Origin: Lophium mytilinum
Lineage: Eukaryota
DNA length: 64,000 nt
Direction: 5' to 3'
NCBI GenBank assembly: GCA_010093605.1
Contig: MU004192.1
Coordinates: forward strand, 628,882 to 692,881
The notes beneath the pieces are model-generated. The model did no database searches, had not been told where the DNA came from, and was given only the letters and a program-made list of their open reading frames with translations. The number at the start of each line of letters is the position of its first letter. Position 1 is the first letter of the stretch. Both the position numbers and the translations under genes were made by a program. This document shows, in pieces, positions 37,028 through 47,304 of the stretch.

Positions 37028-39301
37028 ATGGCTGATCCGCTTTCATTCACAGCATCACTGATAGCTATCGGTACGCTGGCTGTCCACGTTTCGAAACTTG
37101 TCAAGCACGCACTACACGCTTCCGACGAAGTCTTGGTTCTAGAGGATGAATTGGAGGATGTGAAAGCACTGACAAAACAACTGGAGACCCTATGTCAGGA
37201 GCAGTGGCCGGTTGAGCACCAAGCCACTGTTGATGAGGCTAAGCACATATTAGACGACGTTATCAAGAAACGACTGCAGAACCTTCAAGATTATTTCGCT
37301 AAGCATTTCCGAGGAACGAAAGTCAAAGTAAAGAAAAATATCACTTGGGCAGTGTTGCGCCGGAAGATCAACGTAGAGCGAGAAGGTCTACGCAGCGGCA
37401 AGAAACGCCTGCTCAATATCTTCCACATCCTCAACAGTTCAAGCACGCGGCACCTGAGCTTTCAAGCTACCAAAATAAGCCTCGATGTAGAGCACATACA
37501 GGATTCACAGGATCGGAGCTACCAAGACATTGTGGCTCGTCTCAAACAGTGCCTTGGACCCATCGATAATATCCAGGCTTCATCAAAACAGGTTGCCGAA
37601 ATAATGCAGCTGATGCAGCGTGTGCAAATTGGAGTGGACGAGCTCAACGGCAAGCTTGCGCAGGGTAGCGATGACGCGCGAAAGCGGCCTAACCCCGAGC
37701 CTGCCCATAACATCCCGAAGGCTAAACCCACTGCTCTGACCACTCCGAGCCCGGATTGGCAACAAGCCTACCAGCTGGTCAGCTGTGTTCTTGAAGGTCG
37801 AGAGTCAAAGTGCGCCCTGTGGTGCACCTGTGCTTGCCACTCTTCACGGAAACACTTGTCATTACCCACCAACCTTGAGCGCCTGACGGGTCAGCTGTTG
37901 ATCGGCTTCTCCGTCCATCCTTGGTTGCGGCCGCGATGCAACCTACAAAGCTGCAAGCGAAGCTCAGAGGCGAGAGTCCGCTTACGCTACAGGTTCCCGG
38001 CTTGGTGGTTTCTTGCTTACTCAGTTACCCTTCAAGCCCAAACCAAGGACCTGGGGATTGTTCTACGTTTTCCACAAGTCCGCTCATGTGACGCGGATGT
38101 GTTCGAGATGGTCGCACACGGGAGACTTGACGCTATCAAGAGTGCTTTCGCCTCGAAAGCAGCTTCGATCTATGACACAGAAGACACAGGTGGACATACC
38201 CTGCTTCATAGAGCCTTGATTACGAAGAATGTCGATATGATCGAGTTTCTGTTGAAGCAGGGTGCCGACACGCTGGCAGTCAACCAGAAGAAAAACAGCT
38301 CAGCGGACATCTTCTGGAGATCTGTGCTTAGCAATGGCTTACCTGAAGCTGCTTATGGGCGTCTCGCTGCCCACTTTACTGATACCACGTTCATCGAGGA
38401 CGGTGGATATACAATCATTCATAAGATCATCTTTGGTCAAAGCAAGTCAAATCTCGACCAAATGCTACGAGATTTGCCGCATCTGGTCAATCAGCAAGAT
38501 GCCTATGGCCTAGCACCTCTCCACTGGGCAGCAACTCGCGGTGACGTGCAATCAATTTCCACCTTACTTGAGCACCACGCCGAGGTGGACATTGTTGAAC
38601 GCGGCGGGTCAACCCCGTTGATCTGGGGCATCGACTCAGCCAACCCAGATGTTACTAGACGACTACTTAAGGCTGGTGCGGATCCGGATCATGCGAGTAA
38701 TATTTGGCTAGATCGCGCAATACACATCGCTTGCCACGAGGAACGGTTCCACTGCCAAGTTCCTGTACTGCTGGAGTATGGCGTTGACGCGTCAGCTAGC
38801 TCTCGACTTCGGGACTCCCCTTTAGAATTTGCGGCTTCTCGTGATTTTGCGGTGACCGTGGAAGCGTTGTTCAAAGCAACGGCTCCCTTGAAGCACACCA
38901 AAGCTGTCATCGCAGCCGTCAAGAACAACGCTCTGCAGAGCCTTCGCAAGCTAATGGAGTTAGGTGCAGACTGCCTTGGAGTTGACGCATCAGGCAAAAC
39001 GGTCTTGCATCATGCAGCATTGCATGGGATTGATCCTACTATAAGACTACTTGCCCTCTACAAACGCAAGCTCCCACGCCAAACAGCAGACAACAATGGC
39101 CGGTTTCCAATCGACTACGCCGCTGAGCGCTCCGCTAGTGAGCTCTCGAGGACTGTCGTAGAGTCTCTATTTGAGATCGAGGAGGAGGAATTGGTCGAAC
39201 TGGAAGAAGTCATCCGCCAGGAAGCGAGAGATGAGGACGAGGACGAGGACGAATCCGAAATTGAGTTCGAAGACGCTGTACAAGAGCTTGTCGCCCTGTG
39301 A
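37028..39301 (+). CDS. Ankyrin-repeat protein with HeLo-like (fungal STAND N-terminal type) helical domain and Cys-rich linker
   Basis: Starts MADPLSFTASLIAIGTLA; helical region to about aa 200; CALWCTCACH..CNLQSC; multiple ANK repeats (GHTLLHRA, GLAPLHWAATRG, GSTPLIWG, GKTVLHHAA); acidic tail; no introns. Confidence 0.85.
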   Translation: MADPLSFTASLIAIGTLAVHVSKLVKHALHASDEVLVLEDELEDVKALTKQLETLCQEQWPVEHQATVDEAKHILDDVIKKRLQNLQDYFAKHFRGTKVKVKKNITWAVLRRKINVEREGLRSGKKRLLNIFHILNSSSTRHLSFQATKISLDVEHIQDSQDRSYQDIVARLKQCLGPIDNIQASSKQVAEIMQLMQRVQIGVDELNGKLAQGSDDARKRPNPEPAHNIPKAKPTALTTPSPDWQQAYQLVSCVLEGRESKCALWCTCACHSSRKHLSLPTNLERLTGQLLIGFSVHPWLRPRCNLQSCKRSSEARVRLRYRFPAWWFLAYSVTLQAQTKDLGIVLRFPQVRSCDADVFEMVAHGRLDAIKSAFASKAASIYDTEDTGGHTLLHRALITKNVDMIEFLLKQGADTLAVNQKKNSSADIFWRSVLSNGLPEAAYGRLAAHFTDTTFIEDGGYTIIHKIIFGQSKSNLDQMLRDLPHLVNQQDAYGLAPLHWAATRGDVQSISTLLEHHAEVDIVERGGSTPLIWGIDSANPDVTRRLLKAGADPDHASNIWLDRAIHIACHEERFHCQVPVLLEYGVDASASSRLRDSPLEFAASRDFAVTVEALFKATAPLKHTKAVIAAVKNNALQSLRKLMELGADCLGVDASGKTVLHHAALHGIDPTIRLLALYKRKLPRQTADNNGRFPIDYAAERSASELSRTVVESLFEIEEEELVELEEVIRQEARDEDEDEDESEIEFEDAVQELVAL

Positions 39302-39816
39302 CTGGTGTCATCACACCCGGAGTAGTATTTTCCTGGCTATATCACAAAAGAAGATTCATTTTATTGTTGGCTACTTCGAAGTATGGGAGGCTAGCCACCA
39401 CTAGTACAGTCTCTTTAGGGGTGTAGGAAGTCAGCGGACTGCGGAAACACGGAATCTAGTTGTCAGAGATATAGACGACGGTACCATTGGTATCACTATA
39501 AAGGTTTCTGACTCCTTCTCCGCTAAGATAAAGCCTGATCTTTCTTAGGGGAGATAGAGGTATAATTCTTTCTAGAGCGGCTAATAACAGCTATTGTGAC
39601 ATACATCGATACAAAGCACCCGTTCCGCACTTACTTCCTTCACCCTCTATGCTATTGGAATTTACTCTTCCTAGGCTCAAAAACGGTAACTTGAGACGGC
39701 GGCTCACGTGAACATCCACCACTGCTTGCTTCGTTATGCCTAATAAACGTAGCTACTGCTCTTTTGCAGATAACGCACTCCCAACCCGACCAATCGACGT
39801 TAAACTTCAAGCACTC

Positions 39817-41205
39817 TCACTGGTGGCAAGCTAAAGCCTGTTCAATGAGCGTTGCGATCTGTATATGATTGGCATTGGTGGCCATGTGGCTCTGTGGACG
39901 TCCGAGCTTGATGACCGTCGCAAACTCGGCCAAGTCGAACCTGTAACCCCCGCGCCTGGTTGCGAAATGAAAATCTTGCTCGTCTGACGCTTCTTCAAAG
40001 TTGATGTCCTTAAATTGGAGATGGAAACGCGATGTTTCGCGCCAGGGTGCCGGCATTGTCAGATAGCCTTCGCTGCCGATTACTGTGAGAGTCTCGGGAA
40101 TGATGACGCCGTGGCCTATGGTAACAGTTGCTGTGGCGTTATCGTAGGATACCGTCAGTTTATAGAGATGACTCGGGTCCTCGTTCGACCCGGAGCTGAG
40201 CGTCTCTGAGAAGACATTAAGGACAGAGCGACCGTATAGTATACGAACGATAGGCAATAAAGCTTCGCCCACAAGACCAACACATAGCTGCCCACCGTCT
40301 GAGACGGAAGTACAGCATCGCTGGGATGTCTCTTCAAGTAGTGGCGCGCTCAAATTGACAGCTATGGATAGGACTCGTCCGATTTTGCCGTTTTGCGCAA
40401 TGGCTGTCATCCGTTCAATCGCTGGCGTGAAGGCAGACGGGATCGACTCTAACAGCACAACACCTTTAGCTGCAGCCAGCTCAAAACACCCTTCTGCTTC
40501 CGCTCTCGATAAGCTGAGAGGGCTTGCGCATAGGACATGCTTCCGAGCCTGGAGGGCGTGGCGTATGTTTATTGTCCGTAGGGGGAGTTCGCTGGAGAGA
40601 TAGACAGCTTCAGTGCTCTCGTACAGCTGCTCGAGCGTCTTGCAGACACGGATATCCTTCCCGTCAGCGACAAGATCTATCAGATCCTGCGACTCAGTCC
40701 GCAGTGCGACAATTTCAACCCCAGCCGTTGCTGCTGCGCCCGCTACGAGATCCCTGACGGCACTATCAGTCCCAACGGCACCCATACTCACAACGCTACG
40801 CAATGCAGTACTCGAAACATTCGCCACCTCCTCCGGAATGAACGCTACCTCACAATACCTCCTCAAATTCTCCACATACGCTTCCGGACCCTCCCAGCTA
40901 TCAAATACGGCTACAACGTCAATGTTGTACCTCAGCACATTGTTGATCTTGTCGTCGCACTCCTCTAGCACCACCAAGTCCGCGAGCTTGGTCTGGCGAA
41001 CATTTTCGATTCGCTGCACGACGTCTTGGGCTAGGAAGCGCTTGCCCCGACCGGCGTCGAAAATGTCAGTTAGCACGGCGACAATGAGGTAGGTGCCGAG
41101 GGCGCGGGCGCGGCGAAGCTGGTCGAGGTGGGCTTCGTGGAGGAGGTCGAAGGTACCGTAGGTTATCACGCGGCGGCCCGGAGGCCGCTGGCGTGGTGAG
41201 AGCAT
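39817..41205 (-). CDS. Fusion: TagD-like cytidylyltransferase domain plus Gfo/Idh/MocA-like oxidoreductase domain
   Basis: N-terminus RVITYGTFDLLHEAHLDQLRRARALGTYLIVAV..RIENV..VSST resembles glycerol-3-phosphate cytidylyltransferase. C-terminal part has ALQARKHVLCASP, GVVLLE, GKIGRV, GSEGYLTMPAPW. Intronless. Confidence 0.8.
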   Translation of the reverse strand: MLSPRQRPPGRRVITYGTFDLLHEAHLDQLRRARALGTYLIVAVLTDIFDAGRGKRFLAQDVVQRIENVRQTKLADLVVLEECDDKINNVLRYNIDVVAVFDSWEGPEAYVENLRRYCEVAFIPEEVANVSSTALRSVVSMGAVGTDSAVRDLVAGAAATAGVEIVALRTESQDLIDLVADGKDIRVCKTLEQLYESTEAVYLSSELPLRTINIRHALQARKHVLCASPLSLSRAEAEGCFELAAAKGVVLLESIPSAFTPAIERMTAIAQNGKIGRVLSIAVNLSAPLLEETSQRCCTSVSDGGQLCVGLVGEALLPIVRILYGRSVLNVFSETLSSGSNEDPSHLYKLTVSYDNATATVTIGHGVIIPETLTVIGSEGYLTMPAPWRETSRFHLQFKDINFEEASDEQDFHFATRRGGYRFDLAEFATVIKLGRPQSHMATNANHIQIATLIEQALACHQ

Positions 41206-42036
41206 TTTGGAGATGTAGGAGGTGTAGGCGAGGTTCTCAGTCCTTTGGCAAGATTCAGCGCGTGATGATTTCTTCGCATGTCTCTCTATCAGACCTACAT
41301 TTCAGAGGCCATTGCTGCGTCTTAGATGTCCGCGGTTTAACCTTGACAAGGCTGAGACTACAGTTATTGAGAAGTCTGACTCCGGTGCAAACTGCGTTGA
41401 TCGCTATCTTCAAGCATTTGTGGCGACGGCGAGCCTTTTAAGTCTTTCTGCAATACTTTCAAACCTCATCTCAGACCCCGCAGTAGTGTGGGGTACAGTC
41501 CAAATCACAATGCAGATATGTGTTAGACGGGTAAGAGATCAACCATGTACTGTACCCGGCACTAGTCTACTGGCGGCATCGCAAGCGCATGCAGTGGAGA
41601 CTTTCCTTCAAACGCGCCTCGCAGTCCGCCTCGTCCACCGCCAAGTCTTCCCCACCCCAAAACTTCGCATCTTCCAATCATTATCTACACACCATCTTTT
41701 CTTGGCCGGCCCGACTGCTCTCCTGCCGCGATACGAGAAACACGAGGGAGGCTGTGCATGCGCCTTTCTATCGCGAGATCAACTTTGTTATCAAGCTTTC
41801 GCGCTTGCAGAGCTGGAATGAATGCACTTAATGGTGGAGATGCGCTGGTTCGCCATGATCCGTTTCATCGATTTAAAGTGGTATGCGAATGGGATTGATT
41901 AAGCGTTGAAGCATGAAGAATTACCAATACGCGTATGAGGGGGAGGAGGACCTGAATACGAGGGTGAAGGTATGCCTCTTTATCAATTGCAATTTTTCCA
42001 TTCAAAATTTCCCATGTCCATCGTTTCTACTATCCC

Positions 42037-43473
42037 ATGCGCCCGTACTTACGTCTCCAGGCTCCATCCCATTACGAGTCCTCGCCCACGTCGTCCATCC
42101 CTCCGCAACGTGTTCTCACAACGTCGACAACTGGAACGAATGCACCCCTCCTCCCTTCCTCGAGCTATGGAGATCAGGGCGTGAAAACCATCTTCCACAT
42201 CTACCACACAAAACATCACTTCAGCATAACACCCACCCTCAACCCAACCAAAGAACGTCGCTGGGTCCCGCGAAAGAAAGCAGCACGCCTCGCGCGCATC
42301 GAACGCCGACACGAAAAATCAACCGCGCAAGCGTGGGCTACGAACCCCCAAACGCCCCATAGCTCCGCACTAGAACATCCTCAAAACCCAAGAACAAGAA
42401 AGACCGCATTCGAAGACGACACCGCCTCCACTTTCCAGGAGTTCAAAGACGATCCTAAACCCGCCGGCGCCGACAACAACGCGCATACAGACGCCGAATT
42501 CTTCCTCTACAGCCCCCACTTGTGCTTCAACTCGCCGCCGCGGGTCCTGCGCGTCGGGTCGCCGCAGCACTCCCACCCCCTCGCCCTCCTCCACTGCTCC
42601 CTCCTCTGGCGCACCTGGACCATCCAACTCGGCGCCGCGCTGGCCGACCCAGGCGTCGTCGACCCCCGCGGCGTCGTCAGCTACGCGCACAACGCCCCCG
42701 CTGCCTCGGGCGACGCAACCGCCCTCCGCGGCTACAAAGTCCGCAATTGGCGTCTCTGGGGCGAGACGGGGAAATCCTACGTCCACGCCGTGCACGCCGC
42801 GCGCAAGGCGAAGCGCGCGGGGTGGGTGGATCCAGACACAGGCTCCAGCGCCGGGCTTGTCGGGGAAAAAACCATTAACGTAAGCGTGGCGGCGCGCGCC
42901 GAGGAGGTCGTGGTACTGCGGTGGGCGGCGCCGCTGTCGCGGGACACGCGGCGGTATGTGTTCAGCTACGCGGGGGTGGAGTTTTGCTGGAAGGGGACGG
43001 GGACGGTGGAAGAGGGGGGCGCGTGTGGGGGGTGGGTACGGTGGAATCATTTGAAGCTGGTGGCACGGGTGCCGGGTGAGACAGGGGAAGAGCCGGTCAG
43101 ATGGGGGGGCAAGGAGAGTGAGGGGGAGGGGTTTAGGAAGGAGGTTTGTCTCGGGACGTATACGAGCTCTGTGGCGACCCGGAAGGCGGGGCGGTTGTGT
43201 TTGTTTGATGCAGCGATTTGGAGGTTTGTGGTGGAGTGGTTCCCCGGAGCGTTGGATGGGTTGATGGATCTGAGGATTGGGGAGGGTGAGACGGGGGAGG
43301 GCGAGACGGGGGATGAGGTTTTGACGGAGCGCGTGAGGGCGTTGAAGAAGACGAGATTGTATGCGGTGGTTGTGGCGACGGCGATGTGTATGGTGCTGGG
43401 CGAGAAGCAGAAACGGGAAACGCTGAGGAAGGTTGTGGAGCTGCTGGCGGATGTGGCGAGTAATATGGGATAG
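42037..43473 (+). CDS. Uncharacterised fungal protein (478 aa)
   Basis: Long ORF with strong GC3 coding bias and Trp/aromatic-rich, globular-looking segments. Confidence 0.75.
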   Translation: MRPYLRLQAPSHYESSPTSSIPPQRVLTTSTTGTNAPLLPSSSYGDQGVKTIFHIYHTKHHFSITPTLNPTKERRWVPRKKAARLARIERRHEKSTAQAWATNPQTPHSSALEHPQNPRTRKTAFEDDTASTFQEFKDDPKPAGADNNAHTDAEFFLYSPHLCFNSPPRVLRVGSPQHSHPLALLHCSLLWRTWTIQLGAALADPGVVDPRGVVSYAHNAPAASGDATALRGYKVRNWRLWGETGKSYVHAVHAARKAKRAGWVDPDTGSSAGLVGEKTINVSVAARAEEVVVLRWAAPLSRDTRRYVFSYAGVEFCWKGTGTVEEGGACGGWVRWNHLKLVARVPGETGEEPVRWGGKESEGEGFRKEVCLGTYTSSVATRKAGRLCLFDAAIWRFVVEWFPGALDGLMDLRIGEGETGEGETGDEVLTERVRALKKTRLYAVVVATAMCMVLGEKQKRETLRKVVELLADVASNMG

Positions 43474-43912
43474 GGGGTTTGATGGGGATAGAATGAGCTT
43501 TGGGTCGATCTTGGATGATCTTACTTTATGTTTATATGGTTTTGGGACCGAGAAAGGAGTAAGATATCAAAGCTAGACAGTGCATTTCCAGAAGTCTAGG
43601 CACGCTCGCTCCTCACCGTTCAAGATGCTCCAGCAGATTATAAAGCTTCTAATTATACATAGAAGCCCCTAGAGCCTGAATCAGAGAACTTTCATGGATT
43701 TCCAACCCACCTGTTGACCCTATGCATGTGGGGCTTGTGGTTGTACGGCTGGAGGATGTTTGGACGGATGGTAGGGCTCGTTCTAATACACTGGCAAGTA
43801 TAGCGAGATTAACACTAAAAATTGTTAAAAATTGATGGCATTACACGCTATACATGATCTACACCTCATCTGATCAATTTCAAGTAATCAATTCCTAAGA
43901 CTACCACCCTCA

Positions 43913-45019
43913 TCACATTCCCGCAATATACCGATGCCCATCCGTCACCTCCGTAACCATCACCTTCATCCCCACCCTCACCTCCGCCGCCTTCCTCGGC
44001 ACACACAGCATGCCAAAGCACGGCTTAAACCTAATCCCGGGATCGACGCGCCGATACTTCATCAGCGTATCCCACGGCTGCCGCTTATGCTCCACCGCCG
44101 TCTCCGGATCCACATTCGGCACATGGCACCGCGCACAGCGCGCGACCACATCCAGCACCACACTCTCCGACACCAGCTCATGCATCACATTTGCGTAGAA
44201 TGTCGACGCCGCGTCCGACGCCGCCGCCGCCGCCGGCACGATCCGCAGCGTCTTCCACCGGTCCTCGGCCCACGGCTCCACGCCGTCGACGAGGATGTTC
44301 GGCCGGAAGCGCGTCACGCCGATAACGTCCTCGTCTTGCGCGGCGAGGCGAGTGTTGAGCTCCGCGATGCTCTTCTCGCTGCCGACGAGGACGGGGAAGA
44401 GGTCGGCGAAGCAGGTCGAGGCGGCGCGGCCGAGGATTTTCTTGCTGCCGTTGCCGACGAGGGCGCGGGGGGAGGAGGAGATGGGGGGTTTGTAGACGAG
44501 GCGGACGTCTTGGGCGAAGAAGGCGTTGAAGGGGTGCGTGAGGGCGGCGGGGTACTCGTAGGTTGGCATCGTGGTGCTCCAGACGGTGGCGTCTTGGACG
44601 TGGGTGTTTTCGGCGAGCCAGGTGGGGGAGGGGTGCGCGGGGATGGTGAAGGTGAGTTTTTCGTCGACGGAGGAGGGGGCGGGTGCTGTGATGGTGAGGG
44701 TGTCGCTGGCGCTGTCGTAGGAGGGCCGGATCAGGGTCATGCGCGCGTTTTGACGGATGGTGAGGAATTTGCGGTCAGGGTAGGATACCCACATCCATTG
44801 GCGGTCTAGGTCGAGGCCGGTTGGTAAAAGGCGTGCTGAGGTTACGGAGATGCCGTGGCAGGATTTTATCGGGTGGAGGAAGAGGTTGGTGATGGTTGTT
44901 GGGGGCGGTAGAGGAATTCTGGACCGCTTGCTCCATTGGTTTATAATGAGATAGATGGAGAGTGGGAGAATGAGAATGGCTGTTACAATGACGGCCTGTA
45001 GAGCTTTTGAAAGGGCCAT
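43913..45019 (-). CDS. MOSC domain protein (mARC-like) with N-terminal membrane anchor
   Basis: HPIKSCHGI, DRQWM, FLTIRQ, FAD.FP, RFRPNILV, WAEDRW, RCARCHVPNVDPET, FGM. Confidence 0.92.
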   Translation of the reverse strand: MALSKALQAVIVTAILILPLSIYLIINQWSKRSRIPLPPPTTITNLFLHPIKSCHGISVTSARLLPTGLDLDRQWMWVSYPDRKFLTIRQNARMTLIRPSYDSASDTLTITAPAPSSVDEKLTFTIPAHPSPTWLAENTHVQDATVWSTTMPTYEYPAALTHPFNAFFAQDVRLVYKPPISSSPRALVGNGSKKILGRAASTCFADLFPVLVGSEKSIAELNTRLAAQDEDVIGVTRFRPNILVDGVEPWAEDRWKTLRIVPAAAAASDAASTFYANVMHELVSESVVLDVVARCARCHVPNVDPETAVEHKRQPWDTLMKYRRVDPGIRFKPCFGMLCVPRKAAEVRVGMKVMVTEVTDGHRYIAGM

Positions 45020-47304
45020 TGTGCCTTCTGTTTGACTGCGGGGGGATCTGAATCCTCTGAAGTAAAATGCGAAGGCAAGGACGTTAAGAGAAGAGGATAC
45101 GAAGAACTTCTTTAAGAACTAAAACCCGTCCGCGTATGCCGAAGATATTACCAAATATTTTGTTCTATGTAAAGGGGTAATTCTCCTAGGGGACAAGTCT
45201 CAACGCTAGGTACCTCGAACACATATGATAGATATGGAGTTACCACCCGGTAGATGCTGAGCATGAGGAGGGAGAGTCCATAATATGTATGTACAAATGG
45301 ATGACGGAAATTCTAGAACGTTGCTGACATCGTTGCTTGCTAGCAGAACGATATCGGCGGGGCAGTCGGCATTTCTCTCGGACTCGGCATGCCGATGCCA
45401 AGAGATATGATGACTAAGATAGCTTAACGAGTTTTCTTAAGCTCCGCGCAAAAACTCGTCTGTCCGCATCCTCAACATCCCAACTCGAACTTTCGCATCA
45501 CAATAGACGTGCAGGCCTTGCTTCCTGTAGCGGCTCAGTGCTATCACTGTAGCTGCATGGCCCATCGATCACTAACAGGAAGCTTCTCGATGCCGCTGCT
45601 GGCCAGCACTTCGGAAGCTACGAGATCTGCTCGCAGGTTCACGAAAGTGTCTGTCTCTCACGGTAAGACTTTTCAGTACCCCCCCTTCCTCTTAATGATG
45701 ATTTTTCATACCGTATACAAACTAGAGTCTTTGACCTCCACGGAAGAATGAAACTTACACGAAAGCACGTCAGTCTGAACAAGATGCTTCCACAACACGC
45801 GCTCGAAATATTTTCGGTCACACAGATCGCTAACGTATCCGCGCAGGCTCTTCTTGACCGCAGACCTACACCCTCCACTGTCTCTATCGCGAAATGTAAG
45901 CTGTCTCTGGCTCGTTCTTCTTTACCCTACACAATTTTATGATGATCAGAGTGCTTTGCACGCTGGAAATTACCGACTGAGACCTCTGGTCTACGACGAC
46001 AAAAAAGGCTGATTCTGAACCTATTGTGTCAATACCTTCATTTTGCCAGATTTCATTGAAGGATCTTAGACTGACATACCTAGTCGCAGAGACCTCACCC
46101 TCCACCTTTGCCAAACTCATTTACGGTACGCAGATCGCTCTTCCTCCTCCCACCGACTATATGATGAATGGCACTGGGCTCCGAAAATTCATGAACGGAT
46201 ATGCCTTTTTGTGGCAGGCCTAGAAAACCTCGCCCACTGATTGTCAACACCATACACCCATCTTCCTGGATGATAGACTTGCTCTTTTACTGAGACGTCT
46301 CTAGGATAGCCTCACTTCGCAGTGATGCATAGTATTCTTACGCAATGTAAGTTGCCGGCGTCACTTCCGCATTTTTCCTACATGATGAACCATTTAGATG
46401 ACGAGTCTTATCCGGGTTTCCGATGCAGACAACCTTTTTTATATACCATTCATGCATTTTCTGATCCAGTAGCACAATCTCCGCATGCTCTTCTACTGCT
46501 GTGCTATTCGCAACATGCTAACGGCAATCACAACAGGTTCTTTCATACAAGTCGATCAGACACCATACATCCTCCACCCTTGTAGCCTGTCTACTTCGCC
46601 CAGCTACGAGCCTTCCGGTACGGCACTTCCCATCCAACGCACTATTCCACATTACATGATGATTCGACCTACAATGACAAGCATATGTCCTAGTTGCCTT
46701 CGGGTGCGAAGACGAGAATGTCTTAACTGATTAATCACCAGAGGCTTTTTTGTTTCATTGCATCTGATGAAACTGCGCTGACCTGTTTCTCAGCCACTAA
46801 CTCTGACGCTGACCCAAATCTCGGCTTTGATTCTAAACTGTATGTATTTTTCCTTCCGTACCTCTGGTCACCACCCACGAAAGTGTCTCAAATGATGATA
46901 CTCTTTCATTCACGACGGTCTACTTAGCTACTTCGTAGCGTTGATGACGTCGCCCTAGACCGGGCTAAACTCTGATACCGACACTCTAGCTCTGCCTTGT
47001 TACTACTTCAGTTCTTGACAGTACATGTAGCTAACTCGCATCACAGTGCATTATAGGTCACTAAACACATGACATCTCGTAGAAACTAAGGTGAGTGGTA
47101 TATAGCAACTAGAACTATGAATATGAACACCATGAAGCTCTATCAAGGGTATCGTGCGATTTTGTTTTGTATGCTCGTCTCAACGAATGTGGCAAACGAT
47201 ATGCAAATGCTACCCCTCTCATTCGTGACCCATTAGAGGTGAGAAGAGTACCCGCGAACGCCGTTGAATCCATGCATGCATCATCATCCTACCTACTTTC
47301 GAAC

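Noticed and set aside
1210..39712. Scattered TCACGTG E-box/CDEI-like sites in intergenic DNA
   Set aside because: Short, common motif; enrichment cannot be shown without counting.
40780..41205. Nucleotidyltransferase as an HldE-type NDP-heptose synthase
   Set aside because: The sequence is closer to TagD (TYGTFD), and the C-terminal motif reads VSSTALRS rather than a GxSTT form; it cannot be assigned by eye.
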